A DNA stretch of 32,000 bases from an archaeon (GCA_024277355.1 JAJRVL010000001.1:60001-92000), one strand, 5' to 3'. Shown: positions 1-9,223, counted from the stretch's first letter. The notes: generated by a model from the sequence alone, not told the origin. Translations and numbers: made by a program.

Positions 1-594
1 ATGGAATTATTTGCAATGATTGTATTAATTGCAGCAAAAATTTTGTTTGGATTTAATGCAGTGCTTTTAGTTATAATTGCAGCTGTTGTAGCTATTTCAG
101 CTGGAATAGCAGGAGATACTTTACAGGATTTAAAAACAGGAAATATTTTAGGAACAAAACCAAAAAATCAGTTTATAGGACAATTAATCGGAGTAGTAAT
201 TGGAGCTTTAGTTATTGGAATTGTATTAATGGCATTACAGCAGACTTATGGTTTTGGCAATGCAGATTTGCCTGCACCACAGGCAGTAGCTTTAAGTGAA
301 ATCATTAAAGCAGACAGTTTATCGGGAAATTTATTAATGGGAATTTTAATTGGAGCAGTATTAGCTTTAATTGTTTCTTTTTTTGGTTCAGCAATAATTA
401 TTGTAGCTTTTGGAATTGGAATGTATGTGCCAATTGAATTAAGTTTTCCTTTGTTTATTGGAGGATTAATCAGATTAGCTGCAGACAAAAAAAAATTAAC
501 AGAACAAGGAAGATTAATTGCAGCAGGATTAATTGCAGGAGAAGGATTTACTGGAGTTGTTTTGTCTTTAATGGGATTAGGAAAATTAATTTAG
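1..594 (+). CDS. OPT-family (oligopeptide/metal-chelate) transporter, C-terminal portion; likely truncated by the window edge
   Basis: ORF open from base 1; SAGIAGDTLQDLKTGNILGTKPKNQFIGQLIG...PAPQAVALSEII...GNLLMGILIGAVLAL...AFGIGMYVPIELSFPLFIGGLIR is characteristic of OPT-family C-terminal regions. Confidence 0.72.
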   Translation: MELFAMIVLIAAKILFGFNAVLLVIIAAVVAISAGIAGDTLQDLKTGNILGTKPKNQFIGQLIGVVIGALVIGIVLMALQQTYGFGNADLPAPQAVALSEIIKADSLSGNLLMGILIGAVLALIVSFFGSAIIIVAFGIGMYVPIELSFPLFIGGLIRLAADKKKLTEQGRLIAAGLIAGEGFTGVVLSLMGLGKLI

Positions 595-602
595 GTTAAA
601 AA

Positions 603-1505
603 ATGAAAACTGAAACAAAAAATAAATTAATTCTTTTTTTAAAAGGAATATTAATGGGAATATGCGATTTAATTCCTGGTATTTCAGGAGGAACAATTGC
701 ATTAATTACAGGAATTTACTCTAAAATGATTTATTCTATTTCAAATATTTCTTTTCAGTTTTTTTTTAATGGAATCAAATATTTAATTAACAGAAATCAA
801 GAAAATGAAAACAAAGTAAGAGAAGGCTTAAAAAAAATTGATTTGTTTTTCCTTGCAGTACTTGGAGCAGGAATTGCAACAGCAATAATTTTTGGTTCAA
901 AAGCAATGACTTTTTTATTAGATAATTATTTTACTTACACAATAGCTTTTTTTTCAGGGTTAATTATTGCTTCATCAAAAATCATTTATGAAAACATTGA
1001 AAACCACACTAAAAAAAATATTAGTTTTGGAATAATTGGATTTATTATTGGAGCATTATTTATTTTTCTTGTTCCGATTAATACAACTCCATCTTATATT
1101 TATTTATTTTTAGGAGGCTTTCTTGCAGTAAGCGCAATGTTTTTGCCTGGAATTTCAGGAGCATTTATTCTATTAATAATGGGTTTATATGAATTCATGG
1201 TAAAAAAAGTTTTCAATGACATTCCAGGACATTTTGATTATTTTATTGTTTCTTCTTTCGGAGCATTAATCGGAATGATTACTATTTCAAGAGTCGTAAA
1301 TTTTTTATTTAAAAAAGACAAATGCAAAACACTTTATGTTTTGCTTGGATTAGTTTTAGGAAGCTTAATTATTCCATTAAACAGAATTTACACTGAAACT
1401 GCTGAATGGAATATAATAAATTTAAGTGTATTAGTCTTTCTTTTTGTTCTTGGAATAACAATAGTTTTAACTGCAGGCAAAATAAAAAAGAAAAAAGCAA
1501 AATAA
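603..1505 (+). CDS. DUF368 family polytopic membrane protein (family linked to polyprenyl-phosphate translocation in bacteria)
   Basis: N-terminal KGILMGICDLIPGISGGTIALITGIY and internal LPGISGAFILLIMGLYEF repeated motifs typical of DUF368; multiple hydrophobic helices. Confidence 0.85.
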   Translation: MKTETKNKLILFLKGILMGICDLIPGISGGTIALITGIYSKMIYSISNISFQFFFNGIKYLINRNQENENKVREGLKKIDLFFLAVLGAGIATAIIFGSKAMTFLLDNYFTYTIAFFSGLIIASSKIIYENIENHTKKNISFGIIGFIIGALFIFLVPINTTPSYIYLFLGGFLAVSAMFLPGISGAFILLIMGLYEFMVKKVFNDIPGHFDYFIVSSFGALIGMITISRVVNFLFKKDKCKTLYVLLGLVLGSLIIPLNRIYTETAEWNIINLSVLVFLFVLGITIVLTAGKIKKKKAK

Positions 1506-1566
1506 CCTGAAATACAAAAATAAAAGCATTAAAAAACATTTTCTCTCAGAATATTCTACTAATTCT

Positions 1567-1598
1567 TAACTATTTTAAAACACTAAAATAGTTTTTTT
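1567..1598 (+). terminator. Perfect 10-bp inverted repeat followed by a T-run; terminator-like or 5'-leader hairpin
   Basis: AACTATTTTA (1567-1576), 7-nt loop AAACCAC, TAAAATAGTT (1584-1593), then T-run to 1598; between the DUF368 stop and the next ORF. Confidence 0.45.
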
Positions 1599-1614
1599 GT
1601 CCGGGGGTAATAAA

Positions 1615-4600
1615 TTGAATCAAAAAATAATTTTGTCTTTATTTTTAATATTATTAATTTCAGCTGTTTCAGCATTAACAGTTGAAGTAACAAACCCAAA
1701 TGCTTTAACAAAAATAAATTCGTTAACAACTAATTTTGATATAACTTTTAATTTAACTTATGATGGAAATAATTCTTTAACTTCAGATATTTATTTAGAT
1801 GAAGACACAGACAACAGTACTTTTACTGAAACATTAACTACTGCTTTTTCTTCAGCAAACGGAACAAATACTTTTTCCTGGAATACAACTTCAGTTTTAG
1901 ACGGAACATACTTTATTTATGTTTTATCAACTGACGGAAACGAAACTGGAAATAATTATTCAGAAAGTTTTTTGGTTGACAAAACAAACCCAGAAGCAGT
2001 AACTGATTTAAATGCAACAGCAGGAAACAATCAGATTGAATTAACTTTTACTGCTTCAGTTTCAGCTGATGTAAAACAATACAATATTTACAGAAGTGAA
2101 ACAACAGGATTTACTCCTGACGCAGGAAACTTAATTGGAAATACTTTAACAGCAAATTACACTGATTTAACTCCTGTTTTTGGAACAACATATTATTATA
2201 TTATAAAAACAGTTGATAATGCAGATAATTTGTCAGTTGATTCAAGCGAAGTAAATTCAACTTCATTAGATGAAACTTCTCCTGTAACAACTGCAGATGG
2301 TTTTACTGATAATGCATGGGCTAATACTTCAGTTACAGTTATTTTAACTTGTGACGATGGAACTGGAAGCGGATGCAATAAAACTTATTATAGATTAGAT
2401 GACTCAAATTTTACTGAATACTCAGCTTCATTTGATATTACAGCTGACGGAAGTTATGCATTAGAATATTATTCAACAGACAATGCAGGAAATATTGAAA
2501 CAACAAACACTGCAACAATAAAAATTGATTCAGTTAATCCAACAGCACCACAAAATTTAACTGCAACTGCAAGTGATTTAACAATTAATTTATCCTGGGA
2601 CATATCAACAGATAAAAATGGTTCAGGAATAGAATATTATTACATTTTCAGAGACAGCATATTAATTGACAGGACTGCAACAAACTCTTATTCTGACACA
2701 GGATTAGACAACAATGTATTATACAATTACTATGTAATTGCATCAGATTATGCAGACAATAATTCAACTGCATCAAATGACGCTAATGCTACTGCATTAG
2801 ATACAACAGGCCCAACAGTTTCAAGCAATGCAGATAATTTATGGCATACAGGAACACAAACAATAGAATTAAAATCTAATGATTCAGATTTCAAAACAAT
2901 GTATTACAAAATAAACGGAACAGAACAGCCAAACACAAATGCTAACCCTAAATATATTGATATTATTACTGAAGGAGAAACTACACTAGAATTCTGGGCA
3001 ACAGATGACCTAAACAATGAAGGAACTCATGGAACAGCAACAATTAAAATAGATAATTCTGCTCCTAATGCACCTTCTTTAAGTTCTCCTGGAGCAAACT
3101 CTAACGGAGAAGTAAATTTAAGCTGGAGTAAACCTTCTGATAATCCTTCTTCAGCAAATTCCGGAATAAAAGGATATGAAATATGGAGAAAACTTTCTTC
3201 AGAAAACTATACATTAATTACTACAATAAATAACGGAGATACAACAAGTTACACTGATACTGGAAGAGGTTCAGGCAACACTTATTATTATCAACTAAAA
3301 GCCTTTGATAACATGAATAATTATTCAGGTTACGGCAACGAAACATCAGTTACAATGCCTTCAGATTCAACTAACACTAACACAGGAGATTCAATGCCTC
3401 CTGCAGTTTCATGGACTAAACCAAAAAACAAAGATTCAATAACAGACATAAATGTTTCACTAAAAGCATATGTTTCTGATTCAGATTCAGAATTAGTTTT
3501 CATCAGTTTTACATATAAACAAGATTCAGAAAGTGCATATCATTCAATTGAAAGTTTTAATACAAATTTAATGAATGGATATCATTCTACTGTGTGGAAT
3601 ACTGCTGAATTAGAAAACGGAACTTATCAATTAAAAGTTTTAGGAAGAGATTCTTCTGGAAATGTAGGCGATAAAGTAATTACAGTTACTTTAAACAAGG
3701 AAATTACAGGAACAGACAAAAATGAAGAAACAGAAAAAACAGAAGAACAATTACTAGCAGAAGAACAAATTAACAAAGCAAAAGAAAGCAAAACACAGGC
3801 AATAGACTTAATTAATTACTGGAAAACAATGAACATTGATTTTTCAGGAGATGAAAGAATAATCAAAGGAAATGAATTAATTATACAAGCAGAAAAAGAA
3901 TTAAAAGAAAACAAAGTGTTTAACAGCATTGACACAGCAAAAGAAGCAGAAAAAAACTTTGATGAATTTAATTCAGAAACAACAATTAAAACCATTCAGT
4001 CATTTACTTCAGAAAACCAAGAAATGAATTTAAACGGAAAAATTTCAAAGGAAAATACAGACTTAAAAAAATCAATTAATGTTTCAAGAGAAATGCAGTT
4101 AATTGAAGTAACTTATAATGGAGAAACTTATTTCCAGGAAAATTTTGTATTAAAACTAAAAAATAATTCAGAAGAAACAAAAACATTTAAAGCAGTTGAA
4201 ATAATTCCAAAAGAATTAATTGAAAACACAGATTTAATTAAAAGCAGTTATTCATTTACTGTAATTGAATCAGATCCAGTAATTGAATGGGAAATAACAT
4301 TAGAAGCAGGAGAAGAAAAAACAATAACTTATTCTTTAGACAAACAGTTAACTCAAGAAGAAGCAGACAAAATAACTGAAAAAAGCATTTTATTGTTTAA
4401 AGGAAACCCTGTTTTGGCAGGAACAAAAACAAAAATAAACAACAATTCATTAAACACAGCAACAGGATTTTTCTTGTTTGATAACATGCTTCCAATAGGT
4501 TTAGGGGTATTAATCATTGCAGGTTTAATTGGAGTATTCTTTTTCGTTAAAAAAAATAATATTGAATTATTTAAAGGAAAAGAAGACAACGAAGTAAGAG

Positions 4601-4734
4601 AAGGGCTTGCAAGTGCTTATTCACAGAACTTTAATGGAAGAAAAACTTTAAGAGAAACAGAAAAACCAAAGCAAAGAATTTCCCCTATAAGAGACGGAGA
4701 AAGCGGTGGAAGATTTTCATATAAAGGAGATTAA
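1615..4734 (+). CDS. Large exported surface protein with several fibronectin type III/Ig-like repeats and a C-terminal transmembrane anchor
   Basis: Signal peptide MNQKIILSLFLILLISAVSALT from a TTG at 1615 preceded by GGGGGT (track uses TTG at 1597, which lies in a T-run); repeated FN3-like segments (e.g. LPxxPxxLxAxxxxxxIxLxW.., YYYIIKTVDxAxN); C-terminal GLGVLIIAGLIGVFFFVKKNN anchor with cytoplasmic basic tail. Confidence 0.8.
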   Translation: MNQKIILSLFLILLISAVSALTVEVTNPNALTKINSLTTNFDITFNLTYDGNNSLTSDIYLDEDTDNSTFTETLTTAFSSANGTNTFSWNTTSVLDGTYFIYVLSTDGNETGNNYSESFLVDKTNPEAVTDLNATAGNNQIELTFTASVSADVKQYNIYRSETTGFTPDAGNLIGNTLTANYTDLTPVFGTTYYYIIKTVDNADNLSVDSSEVNSTSLDETSPVTTADGFTDNAWANTSVTVILTCDDGTGSGCNKTYYRLDDSNFTEYSASFDITADGSYALEYYSTDNAGNIETTNTATIKIDSVNPTAPQNLTATASDLTINLSWDISTDKNGSGIEYYYIFRDSILIDRTATNSYSDTGLDNNVLYNYYVIASDYADNNSTASNDANATALDTTGPTVSSNADNLWHTGTQTIELKSNDSDFKTMYYKINGTEQPNTNANPKYIDIITEGETTLEFWATDDLNNEGTHGTATIKIDNSAPNAPSLSSPGANSNGEVNLSWSKPSDNPSSANSGIKGYEIWRKLSSENYTLITTINNGDTTSYTDTGRGSGNTYYYQLKAFDNMNNYSGYGNETSVTMPSDSTNTNTGDSMPPAVSWTKPKNKDSITDINVSLKAYVSDSDSELVFISFTYKQDSESAYHSIESFNTNLMNGYHSTVWNTAELENGTYQLKVLGRDSSGNVGDKVITVTLNKEITGTDKNEETEKTEEQLLAEEQINKAKESKTQAIDLINYWKTMNIDFSGDERIIKGNELIIQAEKELKENKVFNSIDTAKEAEKNFDEFNSETTIKTIQSFTSENQEMNLNGKISKENTDLKKSINVSREMQLIEVTYNGETYFQENFVLKLKNNSEETKTFKAVEIIPKELIENTDLIKSSYSFTVIESDPVIEWEITLEAGEEKTITYSLDKQLTQEEADKITEKSILLFKGNPVLAGTKTKINNNSLNTATGFFLFDNMLPIGLGVLIIAGLIGVFFFVKKNNIELFKGKEDNEVREGLASAYSQNFNGRKTLRETEKPKQRISPIRDGESGGRFSYKGD

Positions 4735-4745
4735 TTCTCTTTTAT

Positions 4746-5120
4746 TTATTTTTTTTTTAAACAAGAAACAAAAAATAAGTCTACTGCGTTTTCTTTTTGT
4801 ATTTTAGGAAAAACAACATAAAAAATTTCAGGAACAATAATTTTTTGTGTTCTAATCATCCAAGCAAATAATCCAATAATAACAAGCAAAAGCAATGAAG
4901 CTAAACTTGAAGTAAAATCAATTGTAATTCCAAATAATTGGTTTTCAATTAAAACAAGTAAAGGCAGAAAAGAAATTGAAAAAACCATTGAAAAAGTTAA
5001 TCTTTCAATTACATCAATTTCGTTTTTGTCAGGAAAAAAACCTAAAGTAAGAAAATAACCCGGAACAGTAACTGTAAGAAATAAAGCAGTTAATCCAAAA
5101 ATTAATTCAAGTAACGCCAT
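4746..5120 (-). CDS. Small multi-TM membrane protein, DUF1616-like
   Basis: LTVTVPGYFLTLGFFPDKNEIDVIERLTFSMVFSISFLPLLVLIEN resembles archaeal DUF1616 N-terminal regions. Confidence 0.5.
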   Translation of the reverse strand: MALLELIFGLTALFLTVTVPGYFLTLGFFPDKNEIDVIERLTFSMVFSISFLPLLVLIENQLFGITIDFTSSLASLLLLVIIGLFAWMIRTQKIIVPEIFYVVFPKIQKENAVDLFFVSCLKKK

Positions 5121-5221
5121 AAAAGAAAAATAAAAGAGAAACTGTTTTTAAAAGTATTTTTAAAGAAAAAAAGATAATATTAAAAAAAACACTATGATTA
5201 ATATTAATATAAGGGATTTTA

Positions 5222-6361
5222 ATGGAAGAAATGATTACAGTTGTAGGAGCAGGACCAATAGGATTAAGAACTGCAATAAAATTAAAAGAAACCGGATGGG
5301 ATGTAACAGTATTAGAAGAACACCAAGAAATAGGTGTTCCATGCAATTGTTCAGGTTTATTAAGTGCTTCAGGATTACACCAAACAGGAATTGATTTTTC
5401 TAATATAACTGCAAATAAGATTTATGGTGCAAAAATTTTTTCTCCTGACAAAACAATGCTTGAAATAAGAAGAAAAAAACCTGTAGCAATGTTAATTGAC
5501 AGAGCAGGATTAGACAAGCAGTTAGCAAAAGAAGCAGGAAAAAAAGGAATTCAAATAAGAAAAAATACTAAAATGATTGATGTAAGAAAAGACACTGTTT
5601 TTTTGCAGCATAAAGAAAGAGGAGAAATGCTGAAAAGCCGGTTTGTTATCGGAGCAGACGGAGCAGCATCAAAAACAAGAAGATTAGTAATGCAAAAAAT
5701 TAATCCTAAAGCTTTTGTAAGAACAATTCAGGTTACAGCAAAAGGTTCATTTGAAGAAGATGTAGTTGAAGTTCATGTAGGAGATTTCTGTAAAGGATTT
5801 TTTGCTTGGGTTATACCAGAAAACAAAAATACTGCCAGAATTGGATTAGGAGTTAATGGTTCAACTAATTCAAAAGAAGCATTTAATAAATTCATTAAAG
5901 AAATGGACATTGAAATATTAAACGAAAGTTATTTTGTTATTCCAATAGGAAAACCCGTTAAAGACATACAAAAAGACAACCTGTTTTTAGTTGGCGATGC
6001 AGCTTATCAAACTAAAGCAACAACAGGCGGAGGAATAATTACAGGAAGCGTTGCATCAGATATGTTAGTTAAAACAATTTCAGATCATTTAAAACATAAA
6101 AAACCTTTAACTGATTACTGGAAAAATTTAAGTTCATTAAACAAAGAATTAGAACTGCATTGGAAAGCAAGAAATTACTTTAATTCATTAAATGAAAAAC
6201 AATTAAATTCATTATTCCATAAAATGAAAAAAGCTAAAATGGAAGAATTTTTATCTGAACATGGAGACATGGATTTTCCATCCAAATTCATGCGAAAAAT
6301 GATGTTATCTCCAAGCAAATGGGGACTTTTACCAATGGGATTAAAGTTTTTATTTTCTTAA
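5222..6361 (+). CDS. FAD-dependent geranylgeranyl reductase family oxidoreductase
   Basis: N-terminal dinucleotide-binding VVGAGPIGLRTAIKLKETGWDVTVLEEHQEIGVPCNCSGLLS, RFVIGADGAASKTRR, and LFLVGDAAYQTKATTGGGIITG motifs. Confidence 0.85.
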   Translation: MEEMITVVGAGPIGLRTAIKLKETGWDVTVLEEHQEIGVPCNCSGLLSASGLHQTGIDFSNITANKIYGAKIFSPDKTMLEIRRKKPVAMLIDRAGLDKQLAKEAGKKGIQIRKNTKMIDVRKDTVFLQHKERGEMLKSRFVIGADGAASKTRRLVMQKINPKAFVRTIQVTAKGSFEEDVVEVHVGDFCKGFFAWVIPENKNTARIGLGVNGSTNSKEAFNKFIKEMDIEILNESYFVIPIGKPVKDIQKDNLFLVGDAAYQTKATTGGGIITGSVASDMLVKTISDHLKHKKPLTDYWKNLSSLNKELELHWKARNYFNSLNEKQLNSLFHKMKKAKMEEFLSEHGDMDFPSKFMRKMMLSPSKWGLLPMGLKFLFS

Positions 6362-6411
6362 AACTTTTTATTTAATTAATTCGTTGAATAGCAAAATATT
6401 TTCTGTTTGTG

Positions 6412-7104
6412 TTATTCAGCGCTTTTCCTTCCTGATTTTGAGTATGCTTTCCATGTGTAAACTGCAGTTATTAAAAGTATCAAAAATAATAAAATCACAA
6501 AGTATTGGATTAAAGAAAAATCTATTGGCGGTTCAAGATTTAAGTCAACTATTCCTTCAATTTCTTTTTGATTTGTTTGTTCTTTTGGATTGTATGTATC
6601 TGCAATAGTTTTTGTTTCAGGTTCTTTTTGATTTTGTTTGTTAACATGCACAAAATTCAAATCTGAAGTTAAAGAATGTTCTTCCAACTCATCAGCAGTA
6701 TACGGCAATCTTAGGTCGCCTTTTGCATTGCCAGTGTATTGCGTAACCGCAATGAATTTATCTTCTCTGCCATCTTTGTATATAAAATGTGAAAATACAA
6801 AACAGAATCCAGATTCTCCTCCATAAATCAAACGATGTATTGCAAGAAAGTCAAGAGCTTTATATTTTTCAGAAGTATAATCTACAGTAAAAAGAGTTCC
6901 ATATTCACATTGTTTTTTGGCCTGATCAAAACAAGCAACATCATCATTGCATAATTTTTTTACTTCAGGCAAACCAGTATCTTCAAGAGATGTATAAGCA
7001 ACCTGCATGCAATCCATGTTTTCACAGGCAAAATTGATACTTTGAAATGAATAGACATTCATTAAAAACAGAAAAATCAATAAAACTAAAACTAATTTTT
7101 TCAT
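6412..7104 (-). CDS. Hypothetical membrane-anchored extracytoplasmic protein
   Basis: Signal peptide at N-terminus (MKKLVLVLLIFLFLMNVYSF), cysteine-containing ectodomain, C-terminal TM helix (YFVILLFLILLITAVYTW). Confidence 0.6.
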   Translation of the reverse strand: MKKLVLVLLIFLFLMNVYSFQSINFACENMDCMQVAYTSLEDTGLPEVKKLCNDDVACFDQAKKQCEYGTLFTVDYTSEKYKALDFLAIHRLIYGGESGFCFVFSHFIYKDGREDKFIAVTQYTGNAKGDLRLPYTADELEEHSLTSDLNFVHVNKQNQKEPETKTIADTYNPKEQTNQKEIEGIVDLNLEPPIDFSLIQYFVILLFLILLITAVYTWKAYSKSGRKSAE

Positions 7105-7177
7105 ATAATTAAATAATAGGAAAACCAGCTATTTAATTCTTTTTAATCTGATTTTATTATTTATATTATAAAGGAAT

Positions 7178-7243
7178 GCTGACACATTTGTGCATTACAT
7201 AAAGTGATGCTAACTCGGTTTATGGCATACACTGGTGTCAAGC
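7178..7243. ncRNA. Candidate structured RNA between tRNA-Gln and the 6412-7104 gene (strand unresolved)
   Basis: TGACAC (7180-7185)/GTGTCA (7235-7240) outer stem and GCATTAC (7192-7198)/GTGATGC (7204-7210) inner stem with one G-U pair; locally GC-richer than its surroundings. Confidence 0.25.
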
Positions 7244-7264
7244 TGACAGCAGTAATTGAAAAAT

Positions 7265-7373
7265 TAGCCCCGAGGAGATTCGAACTCCTGTCACGAGGTC
7301 CAGAACCTCGCATCCTTTCGACAAAAAATAAATCAAAATAACTTACTTCTTTTGGCCGCTGGACGACGGGGCT
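7265..7373 (-). tRNA. tRNA-Gln (anticodon CTG) with ~36-nt insertion (putative intron) in the D-loop
   Basis: Minus strand: acceptor AGCCCCG (7373-7367)/CGGGGCT (7272-7266) with discriminator A at 7265; D-stem GTCC/GGAT; anticodon arm CGAGG-TTCTGGA-CCTCG with CTG at 7303-7301; T-arm AGGAG-TTCGAAT-CTCCT. Between D-loop AGCGGCC and GGAT there are 38 nt where ~2 are expected. CCA not encoded. Confidence 0.88.
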
Positions 7374-7378
7374 ATACC

Positions 7379-8332
7379 TTAAGGCTGTATAAATAAGGCT
7401 TCACAGATTTTATAAAGTTTTTTCTTTTTTTCTTGGTGACTAAAACCAATTTTTTCTGAAAATCTTAGAATACTGCCTCGCATTATTCTTACAGTAAACA
7501 ACATTTTGTATTTTTCATTCTTTAACCATTTGCTTTTCTTTGAAACAATTCCAAATTCCAGCAACCAAAAGATTACTTGATTAACAATTTTTTCACTTGT
7601 ACTAGAAAAACTAATTGTTTTGCTTTTTATTATAACTGTTCCATCAGAATCAAATAAACCTTTCAGACAAGAAGCAATTAAATCCTGATTTTTAGTTTCT
7701 GTTATTATTTCAGGGATTTCAATTTTATCGGCTTTATATCCATTATGCAAACAAAAAAAACTTCTTAGAAACCAGTGAACTGCTTTTGAAGCAAAATACG
7801 CACAAAAACAAGTTTTCTTTTGAACATAAATTTTAACTTTCACTTTAAAAATATCTTCAATAATTCTTTTGTAGATTTCAAGATGATTCATTTTATCAAA
7901 ATAAACAGAAACTCCCCAGTTGCCTGTTTTATTCGAATTATTCCCAGCTAAAGAACCATCTCCTAAAAGCAGTCCAATAACATAAGATAATTCTGAAGTT
8001 AATTTTTCAGGAAATTTTATTGTGTGACTTGAATACTGGCATTTCAAATAAATTTGTTTTGAGTTAATTTCTTTAGTTAACTCTTGTTCTAGATTTATAT
8101 CAATTAAAAAAAGTAATTCATTTAATTTTGATAAAGGAATTGGTTTTCTTCCTAAATGCCATTCTTTTAAACGGGATTTTTTTACATTCATTAGTTTTGA
8201 AGCTTTTGCTGGTCCATCTAAATTCCAGACTGCTTTGTTTACTTGTTCCTTAATATTCCAAACACAAACTTTTTCAGACAACCAATTATCTTTTACATTA
8301 AATAAACTGAAATCTAAGTTTTCATAAGACAT
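7379..8332 (-). CDS. LAGLIDADG-type homing endonuclease-like protein with N-terminal HTH-like region
   Basis: Two LAGLIDADG-like motifs: LSYVIGLLLGDGSLAG and IASCLKGLFDSDGTVIIK; N-terminal segment GPAKASKLMNVKKSRLKEWHLG looks helix-turn-helix-like. Confidence 0.85.
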   Translation of the reverse strand: MSYENLDFSLFNVKDNWLSEKVCVWNIKEQVNKAVWNLDGPAKASKLMNVKKSRLKEWHLGRKPIPLSKLNELLFLIDINLEQELTKEINSKQIYLKCQYSSHTIKFPEKLTSELSYVIGLLLGDGSLAGNNSNKTGNWGVSVYFDKMNHLEIYKRIIEDIFKVKVKIYVQKKTCFCAYFASKAVHWFLRSFFCLHNGYKADKIEIPEIITETKNQDLIASCLKGLFDSDGTVIIKSKTISFSSTSEKIVNQVIFWLLEFGIVSKKSKWLKNEKYKMLFTVRIMRGSILRFSEKIGFSHQEKKKKLYKICEALFIQP

Positions 8333-8401
8333 TATAAAATTTGATTTTTGTTTTTTAAAAAAGTTTTTAGAGCAGACTGCCGATAATTTTAGACTTAAAA
8401 A

Positions 8402-9097
8402 TTATTTTCCAAATCTTCTTTCCCTTTCATCAAATTCAGTTACTGCTTTATTTAAATCCTGTTTAGAAAATTCAGGCCAAAAACTGTCTGAAAAATATAA
8501 TTCAGAATAAGAACTCTGATAAGTTAAAAAACCTGAAAGTCTTTGTGTTCCTGAAGTCCTGATAATTAAGTCAGGATTAGAAAAATCTGAATACAAGTAT
8601 TTTTTGAATGAATTTTCATTTAATGAATTTAAGTCAAGTTTATGTTCATTGAAATCTAATGCAATTTTTTTTGCTGCGTCAACTATTTCAGTTTGCCCAT
8701 TATAACCTAAAGCTAAATTAATTGTTTTGCTTTTATTGTTTTCAGTGAACTCTTCTGCTTTAGCAATTTTTTGTTTTAGTTTTTCAGGCAAAGAATTAAT
8801 TTTTCCAATAAATTTAAGTTTAAGGTCATCAACTGAAAATAATTCAGATTTAATTACTCTATCTAATTCTCTTTCAAAAACAGAAAAAAGAATTTTTAAT
8901 TCCAGTTTATTTCTTGAAAGGTTTTCTAAAGACAAAGTATAAAAAGTTCCAGTTTTTATTTTAGGGTATTGATTAAGCCAGCTCATTACTTCCCATGCTT
9001 TTTTTGTTCCAGTCTGATATGACTGAAGCAATGAAATACCTGCTTTAGCTGCGTATCTTCGGTTTCCATCTGGAATAAAAGCAACAGAATTTAACAT
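8402..9097 (-). CDS. uppS: Cis-prenyltransferase (UppS/DHDDS-like isoprenyl transferase)
   Basis: VAFIPDGNRRYAAKAG, FYTLSLENLSRNKLEL, INLALGYNGQTEIVDAAKKI, PDLIIRTSGTQRLSGFLTYQSSYSELYFSDSFWPEF are signature motifs. Confidence 0.92.
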   Translation of the reverse strand: MLNSVAFIPDGNRRYAAKAGISLLQSYQTGTKKAWEVMSWLNQYPKIKTGTFYTLSLENLSRNKLELKILFSVFERELDRVIKSELFSVDDLKLKFIGKINSLPEKLKQKIAKAEEFTENNKSKTINLALGYNGQTEIVDAAKKIALDFNEHKLDLNSLNENSFKKYLYSDFSNPDLIIRTSGTQRLSGFLTYQSSYSELYFSDSFWPEFSKQDLNKAVTEFDERERRFGK

Positions 9098-9223
9098 TAA
9101 ATCATCCTATAAATTATGGGTTAATTAACTATTTTAATTGAAAAACATTTTAAATGATTATTATTTGTTTTTCTATAATTTAAACCTATCTATTTATATT
9201 AACCAAAAAACTAAAAATATTGC

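Noticed and set aside
5107-5394. Overlapping ORFs 5107-5346 (-) and 5194-5394 (+) at the start of the reductase gene.
   Set aside because: Out-of-frame with the geranylgeranyl reductase-like N-terminus (VVGAGPIG), which is clearly coding.
7178-7243. Second tRNA or a canonical C/D box sRNA adjacent to tRNA-Gln.
   Set aside because: No TTCNANNC T-loop or acceptor pairing; the C-like GTGATGC deviates from RUGAUGA and there is no properly spaced D'/C' pair. Left as an unclassified structured candidate.
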